Shown here piece after piece: positions 11,179 through 19,626 of a stretch of DNA of 64,000 bases. The position numbers and the translations under genes are program-made. Within the stretch, counting starts at the first letter, position 1; every line of letters begins with the position of its first letter. The stretch is from Verrucomicrobiota bacterium (GTDB lineage Bacteria > Auribacterota > JABMQX01 > JAFGEW01): assembly GCA_016931415.1 (NCBI GenBank), contig JAFGEW010000006.1, positions 28,310 to 92,309 on the forward strand. Reading direction: 5' to 3'. The notes beneath the pieces are model-generated. The model was not told where the DNA came from, did no database searches, and worked only from the letters and a program-made list of their open reading frames with translations.

Positions 11179-11912
11179 GTCTGTGGAGAGTCTGTGGTGC
11201 CCGGTGTGGCTGGCGCCTTCTGTCCTGCGTCTCGCGCACCCGCGTCTCGCGGGCCCGCATCCTGCGCACCCGCGTCTCGCGCACCCGCATCGTGCGTACC
11301 CGCGTCTCGCGCACCCGCATCGTGCGCACCCGCGTCTCGCGGGCCTGCGCCTCGCATGAACAGGTCCACCAACACGTCATCTCCGATAACGTCCTTGCTT
11401 CCACCCAGATTCCTGCCCCGTGCGCGCAGCAGCCCCATCAGGAAGGTGGCCAGCGTCTGGTCGGACAGACCGCTGCGGACCAGCCCTTCGAGCTGGCCCT
11501 TGCGCAGGATCCTGCCCAACGCTTCCACCAAGAGTTGGCGCTTCTCCTGCCAGCGTTGCTGTAAGTCGCTTCGGCACAGAGACATCCTGGCGTCCTCGGT
11601 CTGGATCATGCGGAAGAGCTGGCGGCGCCGTCCGAAGAAGGCCGTGATCGCCCCGCACGCCTGGAGCAACTGTTCCTCGAACGGGGCGTCGCCGACGACC
11701 CGGCGCTCGAGCAGGTCGCACAGCTCCTCGAACCCGGCGGTAGCCACCTGGAAGAACAGGTCGTCCTTGTCCTTGAAGTAGGTGTAGATCGTCCCCTTGC
11801 CGATGTGGGCCTCGTGGGCGATATCGTCGAGCGTGATCTCATGTAAGCGCTTGCTGGTGAACAGCTTCTCGGCCGCTTGCATGATCTGTTCGCGCTTGCC
11901 GGTCCTGGCCAT
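11175..11912 (-). CDS. TetR family transcriptional regulator with C-terminal pentapeptide-repeat tail
   Basis: N-terminal TetR HTH (KREQIMQAAEKLFTSKRLHEITLDDIAHEAHIGKGTIYTYFKDKDDLF). C-terminus is about 9 tandem [R/H/Q]DAG[A/T/P] pentapeptides. First gene of the efflux operon. Confidence 0.85.
   Translation of the reverse strand: MARTGKREQIMQAAEKLFTSKRLHEITLDDIAHEAHIGKGTIYTYFKDKDDLFFQVATAGFEELCDLLERRVVGDAPFEEQLLQACGAITAFFGRRRQLFRMIQTEDARMSLCRSDLQQRWQEKRQLLVEALGRILRKGQLEGLVRSGLSDQTLATFLMGLLRARGRNLGGSKDVIGDDVLVDLFMRGAGPRDAGAHDAGARDAGTHDAGARDAGAQDAGPRDAGARDAGQKAPATPGTTDSPQT
11207..11350. repeat. 15-bp tandem repeat (about 9.5 copies), coding for the TetR C-terminal pentapeptide repeats
   Basis: Units gcgtctcgcgcaccc and gcatcgtgcgcaccc alternate with minor variants. 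In frame within the tetR-like CDS. Confidence 0.85.
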
Positions 11913-11923
11913 GGCAACCCCAG

Positions 11924-11945
11924 TAATACTGACCAGTCAGTATTA
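11924..11945. promoter_or_regulatory. AT-rich perfect palindrome, candidate TetR operator
   Basis: TAATACTGAC-ca-GTCAGTATTA (10-bp arms, 2-nt spacer), 12 bp upstream of the tetR start codon. Strongly AT-rich in a GC-rich background. Confidence 0.55.
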
Positions 11946-12098
11946 TCACCCGCCGCCAGGTCCGTCAAGTGAGCACAAGCGGGATGCAGCCAGCCGGTTC
12001 GCAGCACCGGTGGCATCTCTATGACGCGTCTGATCAACCGGAGGTTTGTGCGGAAGCAGGCGGGTGCCCTGCACGGCCATTGGCAGAGAGAAGAAAAG

Positions 12099-12145
12099 CG
12101 CGCCCGACTGGACTCGAACCAGCAACCTCCGGATTCGTAGTCCGA
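12099..12145 (-). other. partial tRNA-Arg(ACG) 3' half (anticodon arm, variable loop, T-arm, acceptor 3' strand); att-like direct repeat
   Basis: rc: TCGGACTACGAATCCGG-AGGTT-GCTGGTTCGAGTCCAGT-CGGGCGCG. Aligns with the 3' half of the intact tRNA at 24535-24608. Its 13-bp flank aaagcgcgcccga is identical at both sites. No D-arm or 5' acceptor strand is present, so it is not a functional tRNA. Confidence 0.7.
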
Positions 12146-12625
12146 AAGGGCGGCCACGACACAAGTGGCCGCCCTCCGTTCTGTTACCACGTTTCCCGAC
12201 GAGAAACGCCGCACTGCAGAATGAACTCGGATGAAGTCAGGTGAACTCTGAAAGGCGCAATGAGCTCCAGAGGATGGCACAATCATGACACACAGGGCCT
12301 TTGTAACACCCGGGTGGATCCGCTTTCCCAGCGTGCTACTGGGCAACAGCTCGTTGGGCGTTCTCCTTTGTCGTCGGCCAGAGCATCTCAGTGGGTGCCC
12401 AGGCTCAGATAAGGAGATGGGAACGACATGTACTCCGACGTGACGCTGGGCGAAGTCCGCTTTATGCGTAGCTGCGGTGTCCGGGTCGGCAGCTATGTCT
12501 ACGACGAGTAGATCAAGGACGACGATCCGCGTGTGCTGGCGCTCGCGCAGGAGCCTCCGATCGTCTTCTCGGAGGGCCATGGGTGACCTGAAGAGGATCG
12601 CCGGACAGACGGCTCAGAACGACGG

Positions 12626-14842
12626 CTAACCGGCGTGCCCCTTGGTACCACCCTCAAGCATCGCCTTCAGCCCGATCTGTCGATGGAGTAGGCAAAGGAA
12701 GCGGGCACCCAGCGCCCGAAGGCTGGCTCCCGCCACGGTGCTTGCCGGGCTGACCGCAGCGGGACTTGGTGCAGTGGGGGCAAGCATGCTGAAGCCTTGG
12801 CCCGAAAGCCATCTCTGGCGGCCTGTGATCCGCTGGGTCAGTTCAGCGGGAGGGTGGGCGCATCCACGCTCCGCCAAGTGCAGCAGATCTCCCTCCAGGC
12901 CTGCCATTTCCCTTTCGACTTGGGGCGACCAGGGCGATGGCAACGACTCCGCCTCGGGCCTTTCCGAGCCCACGACATGGCTGACCTTGGTGCCGAAGAC
13001 CTGCGCGGCGAATTTCCCCACGCGTCCCGTCGGCTGCTCGAAGTAGATGTTGCAGATCTGCCCGCCCTTGTGTGGCCGTCTGCCCAGGAGGGCCAACGGG
13101 CGGATGTGGTAACCTCTGCGGTCGAAAATGATTTGCCCAACCACGCCCCATACGCCGTGCCAACGCGGCTGAACTTGCTGCAGGGCATCTATCGCAGGCG
13201 AGGCCAGGTCGTCGTAAGGCAGGGCCAGATCGACTTGGAGGCCAGACGCATCGCCTATCGGCCAGCGGAACGTCTGCGTGAGTTCGTCGTACTCCTTTCT
13301 CCCCCAGCGCGCGGGCCTGAGCAGGACCATCCCAGCCAGAGGAACTGGCAGTTCCAGCCCGACGGGGAATGCCCGAGCGGCCCTCGCGGCCAGGGCGGAC
13401 CAATCGCTGAACGAGCAGTCTCCGAAGTCTAGCTGATTCAACTGCGAGTCTTCGATGATCTGGACGCGGCACTGGGCGCTGGACGACAGGCGGTGCTGTC
13501 GGCTGCGCCGTCCGCCCGTGAGTCGAAAGCGGCGGCGGCAGAGCGTCTCGGGCGGCTGGCCCTCCAGCCATGGCGTCGGCTGACGATAGCGCTCCGTCGG
13601 AACGAACTTCGCGCCGGCGATGTGGTCCGGCCGACTCTCCGACCAGGTGTACCAGTGTTTTTCGGCCGGGCACCACGCCAGCATTGTCAAGCCGTCATGC
13701 CCTGACTTGGTTCGCCACGGCCAGCACGCTACGCCTGTGAGGTCTAGGGTCTTGAAGTCCTCGTACTGGCTTTGGAACCGCCCCACCAACTCCGGCGACG
13801 GCTGACCGTCGCAGCCAGCGATGGCATCCACCAGCGCAAAGGTCTGTCCGAGCGAAGAGAACAGCCGTCCTTCGTCCGCCTGCGCATGCCGGTCCAGAAG
13901 GAGCTCCACTTCCTCCGCCAACGACCGCAGGGCAGACGCTAGGCGAGGCAGATCGGCCCCATGAGCAGAGACCGACAGCATGTCCAGCCGCTGCCGCATC
14001 GTCGGCGACAGGTGTGACAGGCCTATGGCCATGGCATCCACCATTGCGGACCTGGCCAAATCCAGGACCTCCGAGCCGGACGGAGACAAGGCCGTGCGTT
14101 TGGGTTTGGCTGGGCCGACGGTCTGAGCATGCACTCCATGGTGACGCTGGAAGGCAAGCACCGCCGCCGCCAGGTACTTGGACTTCGATCGCTCCGGGGC
14201 GTTAGTGATCATCCCGTCCAAGGTGGCCCCGGCGAAGTAGTGGCACTGAATGCCGACGTCCTTGAAGGTCACGACGATCGATTCGCCGTCGACGACCTCC
14301 ACGTCGGCCTCCTCTTCCAGCATGGCCGCGGCATCCCGAACGGCCTTGGTCTTGGCCCACTTGATGAGTTTTTCCGGGCTGACCGCCAGCAGCTCCTCGC
14401 GGGCCTGCCCGGGCCTGACGGGAGCAGTGCCCTGCTTTCTCGCAAAGGGATCAGGAGGACTTGGGTGTGCAGCGGTTGTGGGCTGTTCAGTCGTAGGTTC
14501 GGCCGTGTCCGTCGGTGGTTTCGCCTGCGAGCTTGGCGAGCTGACGCTAAGGTGGCGTTGGAGGAACATGGTCGCGGCGAGGATGTGCCGGCAGACTCCC
14601 TGGGCGGGGCACGTGCACTTGGCGGCGACTGGGCCCGTGTAGGGCATGGAGACCGTGACCTGTCCAAGCCGAACCGTCAGGCCCTCTTCATCTGTCCCCT
14701 CGATGGCAATAACCTCGCCGGACTCCAGGTCCTTGCGAGCGCGGCGCACCAGGCCCGGGCTGGCGAGTAGCGCCAGTGCGTCGTCGTTGATCGAGGCGAG
14801 CACGCCCCGCAACGTCGTCAGCCGATTATCTTCGCCAGCCAT
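12626..14842 (-). CDS. SWIM zinc-finger domain protein (yehQ-like), uncharacterised
   Basis: 738 aa. N-terminal SWIM motif CxCx5CxH (KCTCPAQGVCRHILAATMF). Last gene of the five-gene operon and overlaps the VWA gene by 25 bp. Confidence 0.7.
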   Translation of the reverse strand: MAGEDNRLTTLRGVLASINDDALALLASPGLVRRARKDLESGEVIAIEGTDEEGLTVRLGQVTVSMPYTGPVAAKCTCPAQGVCRHILAATMFLQRHLSVSSPSSQAKPPTDTAEPTTEQPTTAAHPSPPDPFARKQGTAPVRPGQAREELLAVSPEKLIKWAKTKAVRDAAAMLEEEADVEVVDGESIVVTFKDVGIQCHYFAGATLDGMITNAPERSKSKYLAAAVLAFQRHHGVHAQTVGPAKPKRTALSPSGSEVLDLARSAMVDAMAIGLSHLSPTMRQRLDMLSVSAHGADLPRLASALRSLAEEVELLLDRHAQADEGRLFSSLGQTFALVDAIAGCDGQPSPELVGRFQSQYEDFKTLDLTGVACWPWRTKSGHDGLTMLAWCPAEKHWYTWSESRPDHIAGAKFVPTERYRQPTPWLEGQPPETLCRRRFRLTGGRRSRQHRLSSSAQCRVQIIEDSQLNQLDFGDCSFSDWSALAARAARAFPVGLELPVPLAGMVLLRPARWGRKEYDELTQTFRWPIGDASGLQVDLALPYDDLASPAIDALQQVQPRWHGVWGVVGQIIFDRRGYHIRPLALLGRRPHKGGQICNIYFEQPTGRVGKFAAQVFGTKVSHVVGSERPEAESLPSPWSPQVEREMAGLEGDLLHLAERGCAHPPAELTQRITGRQRWLSGQGFSMLAPTAPSPAAVSPASTVAGASLRALGARFLCLLHRQIGLKAMLEGGTKGHAG

Positions 14843-15975
14843 TGGGCAAGGTGCTCCGGGGTCAGGGCCGCGATCTCCATGCCGGCGGATGCCAGACGCT
14901 GCGCCATCTTGCGGTCGTACGCTGGAGTCGCCTCCTCATCGAGGGCGGCCAGTCCGATCATCTTCACGCCCGATTCCGCCAGTTGGCGGCAGACGGCCAC
15001 AAGCCGCTGGGGACTGGCGCCCTCGCAGAAATCGGTGACCAGGACCAGCACGGTCCTTCGTGGGTTGCTGATGAGTTTTGAGCAGTACAGCACTGCCTGT
15101 CCGATGTCCGTACCGCCGCCGAGTTGCACGCCCAGGAGCACTTCGATCGGGTCGCTGACGTAGCCCGTCATGTCCACGACGGAGGTGTCGAACACGACCA
15201 GCTTGACATTGACAATCGGCAGGCCCGCCAGGATCGAGGCGGTCACGGCGCTGTGGACCAGGGAGTCAACCATGCTGCCGCTCTGATCCACACAGATCAC
15301 CACGTCCCAAGGAATGTGCCGTCGCACGCGCGAGAAAAAGAGAGGGTTGTCCGCGATGATCTTGCCGAGTTGCGGGTTGTAGTTCTTCAGGTTGCGGCGG
15401 ATGGTCCCGCGGGCGTCGAAGTTCTGCGCCACCTTAAGCGGGCTGTGCTGCGTTCGATTGGCACGGCCGGTGAGCGCCCGGCGGATCTCCTTCTCCAGAC
15501 GCTGGCGGACCTGTTCCACGACGCTGCGAATGATCCGTCTGGCCTCGTCAAGCACCCGGCCCTTCATGTGGCCTTTGAACGTCAGCATTGCCTTGAGTAG
15601 ATCCATGTTGGGTTCAAGGCGCGACAACACGTCTGGATCGGTCAGGAGCTGCGTGAGGCCGTACCGTTCGATCGCGTGCTTCTCAACCACCTCCAGCGTC
15701 TGCTTTGGGAACAGGGCCTTGGCTTCCTGGAGCCACCGCGTTGCAGTGAGCTGGCTGGGATCCAGCGAGCCCGCACGGTCGCCTCCGCCAGGGCGGACGC
15801 CGCGTCCCTGGTATTCTCTCTGGTAGAGGTAATCGAGCACCTGAGCCATTCGAGACTGTGAAGCAGACAGCGGCGAGGAAATGGCTCGCTGGGCGTACCG
15901 CCCCAGGACCAGACGCCACCGCGATAGCGCAGCCTGAGCGTTCATGAGGGTGTGCCCTCCGGCGACTGGACCCAT
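14818..15975 (-). CDS. von Willebrand factor A (VWA) domain protein with complete MIDAS
   Basis: 385 aa. MIDAS DQSGSM (DxSxS), plus GGGTDIG and LVTDFCEG. N-terminal helical region as in MoxR-associated VWA proteins. Confidence 0.8.
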   Translation of the reverse strand: MGPVAGGHTLMNAQAALSRWRLVLGRYAQRAISSPLSASQSRMAQVLDYLYQREYQGRGVRPGGGDRAGSLDPSQLTATRWLQEAKALFPKQTLEVVEKHAIERYGLTQLLTDPDVLSRLEPNMDLLKAMLTFKGHMKGRVLDEARRIIRSVVEQVRQRLEKEIRRALTGRANRTQHSPLKVAQNFDARGTIRRNLKNYNPQLGKIIADNPLFFSRVRRHIPWDVVICVDQSGSMVDSLVHSAVTASILAGLPIVNVKLVVFDTSVVDMTGYVSDPIEVLLGVQLGGGTDIGQAVLYCSKLISNPRRTVLVLVTDFCEGASPQRLVAVCRQLAESGVKMIGLAALDEEATPAYDRKMAQRLASAGMEIAALTPEHLAQWLAKIIG

Positions 15976-18440
15976 CTGCTCAGTTTCTGCTGGTTCAGGG
16001 CGGCCGCCACGGCCTGGGAAATCCGCACGTGCAGTGCCATGTCCTGTTCAGTCGTCTCGTGGTGCACCAGTTCACCCAGATCGGCCTGACCGTGCATCTG
16101 TGCAACGGCCTCGGCGACCTTGTCGATCTCGCGCGGAGTCAGGTCGGCAAACGCCAACCTGAGTTCGGGAAGCGCCAGCAGAAACTCCTCTTCATCCCAT
16201 CCATCCAGCAGCTCAGTGAGCCGCTGGAGCAGGCGGGAGGATCGCCACGCCGCCTCCCGACAGGTCGCCAGCAGTCCGCGGACAAACGCAGTCCTGCCGG
16301 TGCGGTCGGCAGTCGCAGCATTGAGCGTCCCGGCCAAGTACCGCAGAAGGTCGTCCTCCGACAACTTGTCTTGGCCATAGAGGACGCCTGCGGCGGCACC
16401 GAACACGGCCGCATGACGGTGGCGCGAAGAGACGATCTCCCGTAGGGACCGCTCGAACAACGCCGCGTCGAACTGCGCCTGGCCGGCACTGGCCACGATG
16501 TCGCGCAGGGAGGCGATGGCCCGAACTGTGGGTCCGACCTCTGATTCAGTGATGTTGGCCAAGTCCCCCAGGACGTAACAGGCCTTGGTGTAGATAGCTT
16601 GGGCTAAGTCATGGACCAGCGCAAGATCGCCCGCCTCCAGTGTTTGCCTGGCCTGCCGGAGAAGTAGTAGCTGCTCCAGACCGGTGACGAGCGAATGCAG
16701 GGCCGGGTCCTCGGCGATCTCTTCCTTCAAGAGCCGCCCGATCTGGGCCACGGAGTCCTGCAGGCCCATCTGGCAGGCTCGCATGAGGAGGGACACAATC
16801 TCCAGCGTGCAGCGTCCCCGTCCTTGCTCTTCCAGCTTCAATATCGCTTGCCGAAGCCTCGAGAGGGCTGCCTGCTCAAGCGTCTCACCATGCACGGACT
16901 CCTCGATCAGGCGCCCCTCGGCGGCAGGTGACCAGGCATAGCGCCACTGCTCCTGAATCAGTTCGACGTCGACGCCGGCCGAGAAGTCTGCGCCACGGAG
17001 GAGCGACGCGAACGGCACGCCCAGGAAGGTCAGCTGGTTGAAGAACCGGCTGGTGCGGCGGTGGGATGGTTTTCGATAAACGTCGAGGACCACTTCCTTG
17101 GCGAGCGAGTCGTCGATCTTGAGCCCCAGTCTTGCGGCTGAACGGCGAAAGTCATCGACAAGCGGCGGCACACCCGCTTCCGGGGCGACGCGACCGGCGG
17201 ACCATCCCGAGAGCACCTGCCGGGCCAGGCCCATGACTACCGTCCCCTCGGTGTCCATGGCGCCGGGCACGAAGCAGCTCCGCATGGCGTCCAGCACATC
17301 CTCGCGAGTCGGCGAGCCATGCCCTCGAACCTGAGCCAACCGCCGCGCCTGGGCCATCGCCGTTATCTCGTCGGCTGCTGAGATCGTCACCGCAAGGTTC
17401 TTGTCCCGGATGAACTGGCCGACCTCTACGACCATCTTGCCTGCCGCCTCCAGCAGCGGCGAGGGGCTGCCAGCATTCATGAGTTTCCAGACCGAGTCGT
17501 AGTATGCCGGAAGCGGCATTCCGGCCCCGTAGCCGTTCAGCGCGTCGAGTTGGTCGAAGCTGTAGGCCATCAGGCAGGTGGTTGTCTCCTCGCTGGCAAA
17601 CGTGTGCCCGTCCGCGGGTGCGGATGTGTGTCTGCCTCGGCGGTCATGCACCATGTCCGGCAGGGCCGCCGTGTGGAACCCGCCGGTGACCACGACGATC
17701 GGCGCATCGCCTTGTGCGGCCATCTCTTCGAGAACGGCCCCGGCCATCGCCCGCTCCCTCGCAATGGTCCCGTCCAGATGCAGCACACGGGCGTCCTGAC
17801 TGGCCCGGGCCAGCAGGCAGTAGGCAGCCACACGGCGGACAAACGTGTCCGTATCAAGCTCGGTACACCCCACCTCGAAGAGGTGGTCCCACAGTTCGTC
17901 CGAGTCGCGGCAGCCATTTCGTTGCGCCAAGGCCCGCACGTACTGGCTGCTGCGAAGGTAGCTCTCTTCCAGCAGGGCCGTTATCTGCACGCTGGCGGAA
18001 GGACTGCGCGTCCGTTTGTCGGCCAGGACTTGGCTCGGGAATGTCAGGTCGATAAACCGCAGCCTTGCCCCCAACTCCGTGCCGATGCGCAAAGCGACCA
18101 GTTCCGGCGAGTAGTCGCACATGGGGTAGTAACCGGCAAATCGCGGGGGCAAGTCGGATTTCTCGCTGCCCGGCAGCTTGACGCGCCGGGCCTTGTCGAT
18201 GTATGTGGAGAAGGCGGCGATGGGCGTTCGTGTCTGGGGACTCACAATGCATGGAATGAGGGCCGTCAGGTCAGAGGGCCCCTCGATCAGGACGGCACGC
18301 GGCTGCACTTGGCGCAGGAGGCGCGCCAGGTGCCAGGAGCAGGCCGGGCTGTGGTGCCGGATGGGAAAGAAATAGAGCCCCTGGAACGACAGGCGTTCCT
18401 GCAGATGGGCGATCTCCTTTTCCGGGACGAACTCCTGCAC
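15942..18440 (-). CDS. large uncharacterised protein (position-equivalent to yehM/DUF5682-type proteins)
   Basis: 832 aa, no recognisable catalytic motif. Conserved gene position between the AAA ATPase and VWA genes. Overlaps the VWA gene by 34 bp. Family assignment is from memory of this gene neighbourhood, not verified. Confidence 0.55.
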   Translation of the reverse strand: MQEFVPEKEIAHLQERLSFQGLYFFPIRHHSPACSWHLARLLRQVQPRAVLIEGPSDLTALIPCIVSPQTRTPIAAFSTYIDKARRVKLPGSEKSDLPPRFAGYYPMCDYSPELVALRIGTELGARLRFIDLTFPSQVLADKRTRSPSASVQITALLEESYLRSSQYVRALAQRNGCRDSDELWDHLFEVGCTELDTDTFVRRVAAYCLLARASQDARVLHLDGTIARERAMAGAVLEEMAAQGDAPIVVVTGGFHTAALPDMVHDRRGRHTSAPADGHTFASEETTTCLMAYSFDQLDALNGYGAGMPLPAYYDSVWKLMNAGSPSPLLEAAGKMVVEVGQFIRDKNLAVTISAADEITAMAQARRLAQVRGHGSPTREDVLDAMRSCFVPGAMDTEGTVVMGLARQVLSGWSAGRVAPEAGVPPLVDDFRRSAARLGLKIDDSLAKEVVLDVYRKPSHRRTSRFFNQLTFLGVPFASLLRGADFSAGVDVELIQEQWRYAWSPAAEGRLIEESVHGETLEQAALSRLRQAILKLEEQGRGRCTLEIVSLLMRACQMGLQDSVAQIGRLLKEEIAEDPALHSLVTGLEQLLLLRQARQTLEAGDLALVHDLAQAIYTKACYVLGDLANITESEVGPTVRAIASLRDIVASAGQAQFDAALFERSLREIVSSRHRHAAVFGAAAGVLYGQDKLSEDDLLRYLAGTLNAATADRTGRTAFVRGLLATCREAAWRSSRLLQRLTELLDGWDEEEFLLALPELRLAFADLTPREIDKVAEAVAQMHGQADLGELVHHETTEQDMALHVRISQAVAAALNQQKLSRWVQSPEGTPS

Positions 18441-18449
18441 GCTCTTGCC

Positions 18450-19583
18450 TCAGACATCCAGAAGGCCTCGGGCCTCATAGAAGCTCCTCCAGCTGCTTCC
18501 CAGGCGGAGCCTCGACTTGACAACCACGTCGAAATACTGACGCACCTTCTTGGCGTCGTCGGGGGAGTCTTTGATCACCGTGCCCAGAAGCTGCCGCACC
18601 AGGTGCTCGCTTCGTACGCGTCCGTCGCCCAGGTAACAGGCGTCCAAGGCGGCCGAGAACGCCACCGATACGGCCTCTGCCGTAGACATAGGCGTGGAAG
18701 GCCGGTCCACGACCGTCCCCTCGGCCGTGCGACCGTTGCGAAGATCCTGAAACGCCGTGACCAGCATGTCGACCACATCCTGCTCAATCCTCGCCTGCGC
18801 CCCGGCATCGGCCAGCAGGCTTTGCGCCTGCTCCATCACCAGACGCACCTCGAAGTCCTTGTCGCGGATAGGACGGACCGTCTCGAAATTGAACCGCCTC
18901 TTCAGCGCCGAGGACATCTCGTTCACGCCGCGGTCGCGGGTATTGGCCGTGGCGATGATGTTGAATCCCTTTTTGGCCAGCACCAGCGAGTGGCCGTCGC
19001 CCAGTTCCGGAACTTGCATCATCTTGTCCGACAGGATGCTCACCAGAGTGTCCTGGATCTCCTGCGGACAGCGCGTCATCTCCTCGAAGCGGACAATCAG
19101 TCCCTCCTTCAGACCTATGTATAACGGCGAAGGCACCAGGGCCCTGGGGCTGGGCCCCTCGGCCAGCAGCAGAGCGTAGTTCCACGAGTATTTGATCTGG
19201 TCTTCCGTCGTCCCGGCCGTACCTTGGATCGTGTTGGTGGATTGGCCGCAGATCGCCGCCGAGAGCAATTCCGACAGCATGGTCTTGGCAGTGCCCGGCT
19301 CGCCGATGAGGATGAGCCCGCGATTGCCCATCAGCGTGACGACGCAACGGTCCACCAGCATGTCGTCGCCGTAGAGTTTGCGAGGAATGGCGATCGGCTG
19401 CCCCGAAGGCGACGGAAGCTTCCTGCCGTCCGAACCGATGATGAACGTCCGCACGGCCTTAGGAGACAATTGCCAGCCAGGAGGCCTGGGGTCCTTGTCA
19501 GCCGCTTTCAAGGCCGCCAGTTCCTCGGCAGATCGTTGCTCCGCTGGTTCGCGGACTACGGTGCGGTCAGCTTGTAGTGCCAT
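18450..19583 (-). CDS. AAA+ ATPase, MoxR/AAA_5 (dynein-related) subfamily
   Basis: Walker A GEPGTAKT, Walker B-like LIVRFEEMTRCP (Glu in place of the usual Asp), sensor-1 NIIATANT, Arg-finger region ALKRRFNF. Confidence 0.85.
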   Translation of the reverse strand: MALQADRTVVREPAEQRSAEELAALKAADKDPRPPGWQLSPKAVRTFIIGSDGRKLPSPSGQPIAIPRKLYGDDMLVDRCVVTLMGNRGLILIGEPGTAKTMLSELLSAAICGQSTNTIQGTAGTTEDQIKYSWNYALLLAEGPSPRALVPSPLYIGLKEGLIVRFEEMTRCPQEIQDTLVSILSDKMMQVPELGDGHSLVLAKKGFNIIATANTRDRGVNEMSSALKRRFNFETVRPIRDKDFEVRLVMEQAQSLLADAGAQARIEQDVVDMLVTAFQDLRNGRTAEGTVVDRPSTPMSTAEAVSVAFSAALDACYLGDGRVRSEHLVRQLLGTVIKDSPDDAKKVRQYFDVVVKSRLRLGSSWRSFYEARGLLDV

Positions 19584-19626
19584 GCCATGAGTCCTTCATA
19601 CTACGTCGATGTCCAGATCATTCGCT

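Noticed and set aside
12099-12190. Possible second full tRNA-Arg gene
   Set aside because: Only the anticodon arm, T-arm and acceptor 3' strand are present. The 5' side is replaced by a 10-bp hairpin and no complementary 5' acceptor strand exists, so it is annotated as a partial tRNA/att repeat.
17550-19124. 524-aa plus-strand ORF across the DUF5682-like/AAA junction
   Set aside because: Antisense to two strongly supported minus-strand genes. Arg/Gly-rich junk composition.
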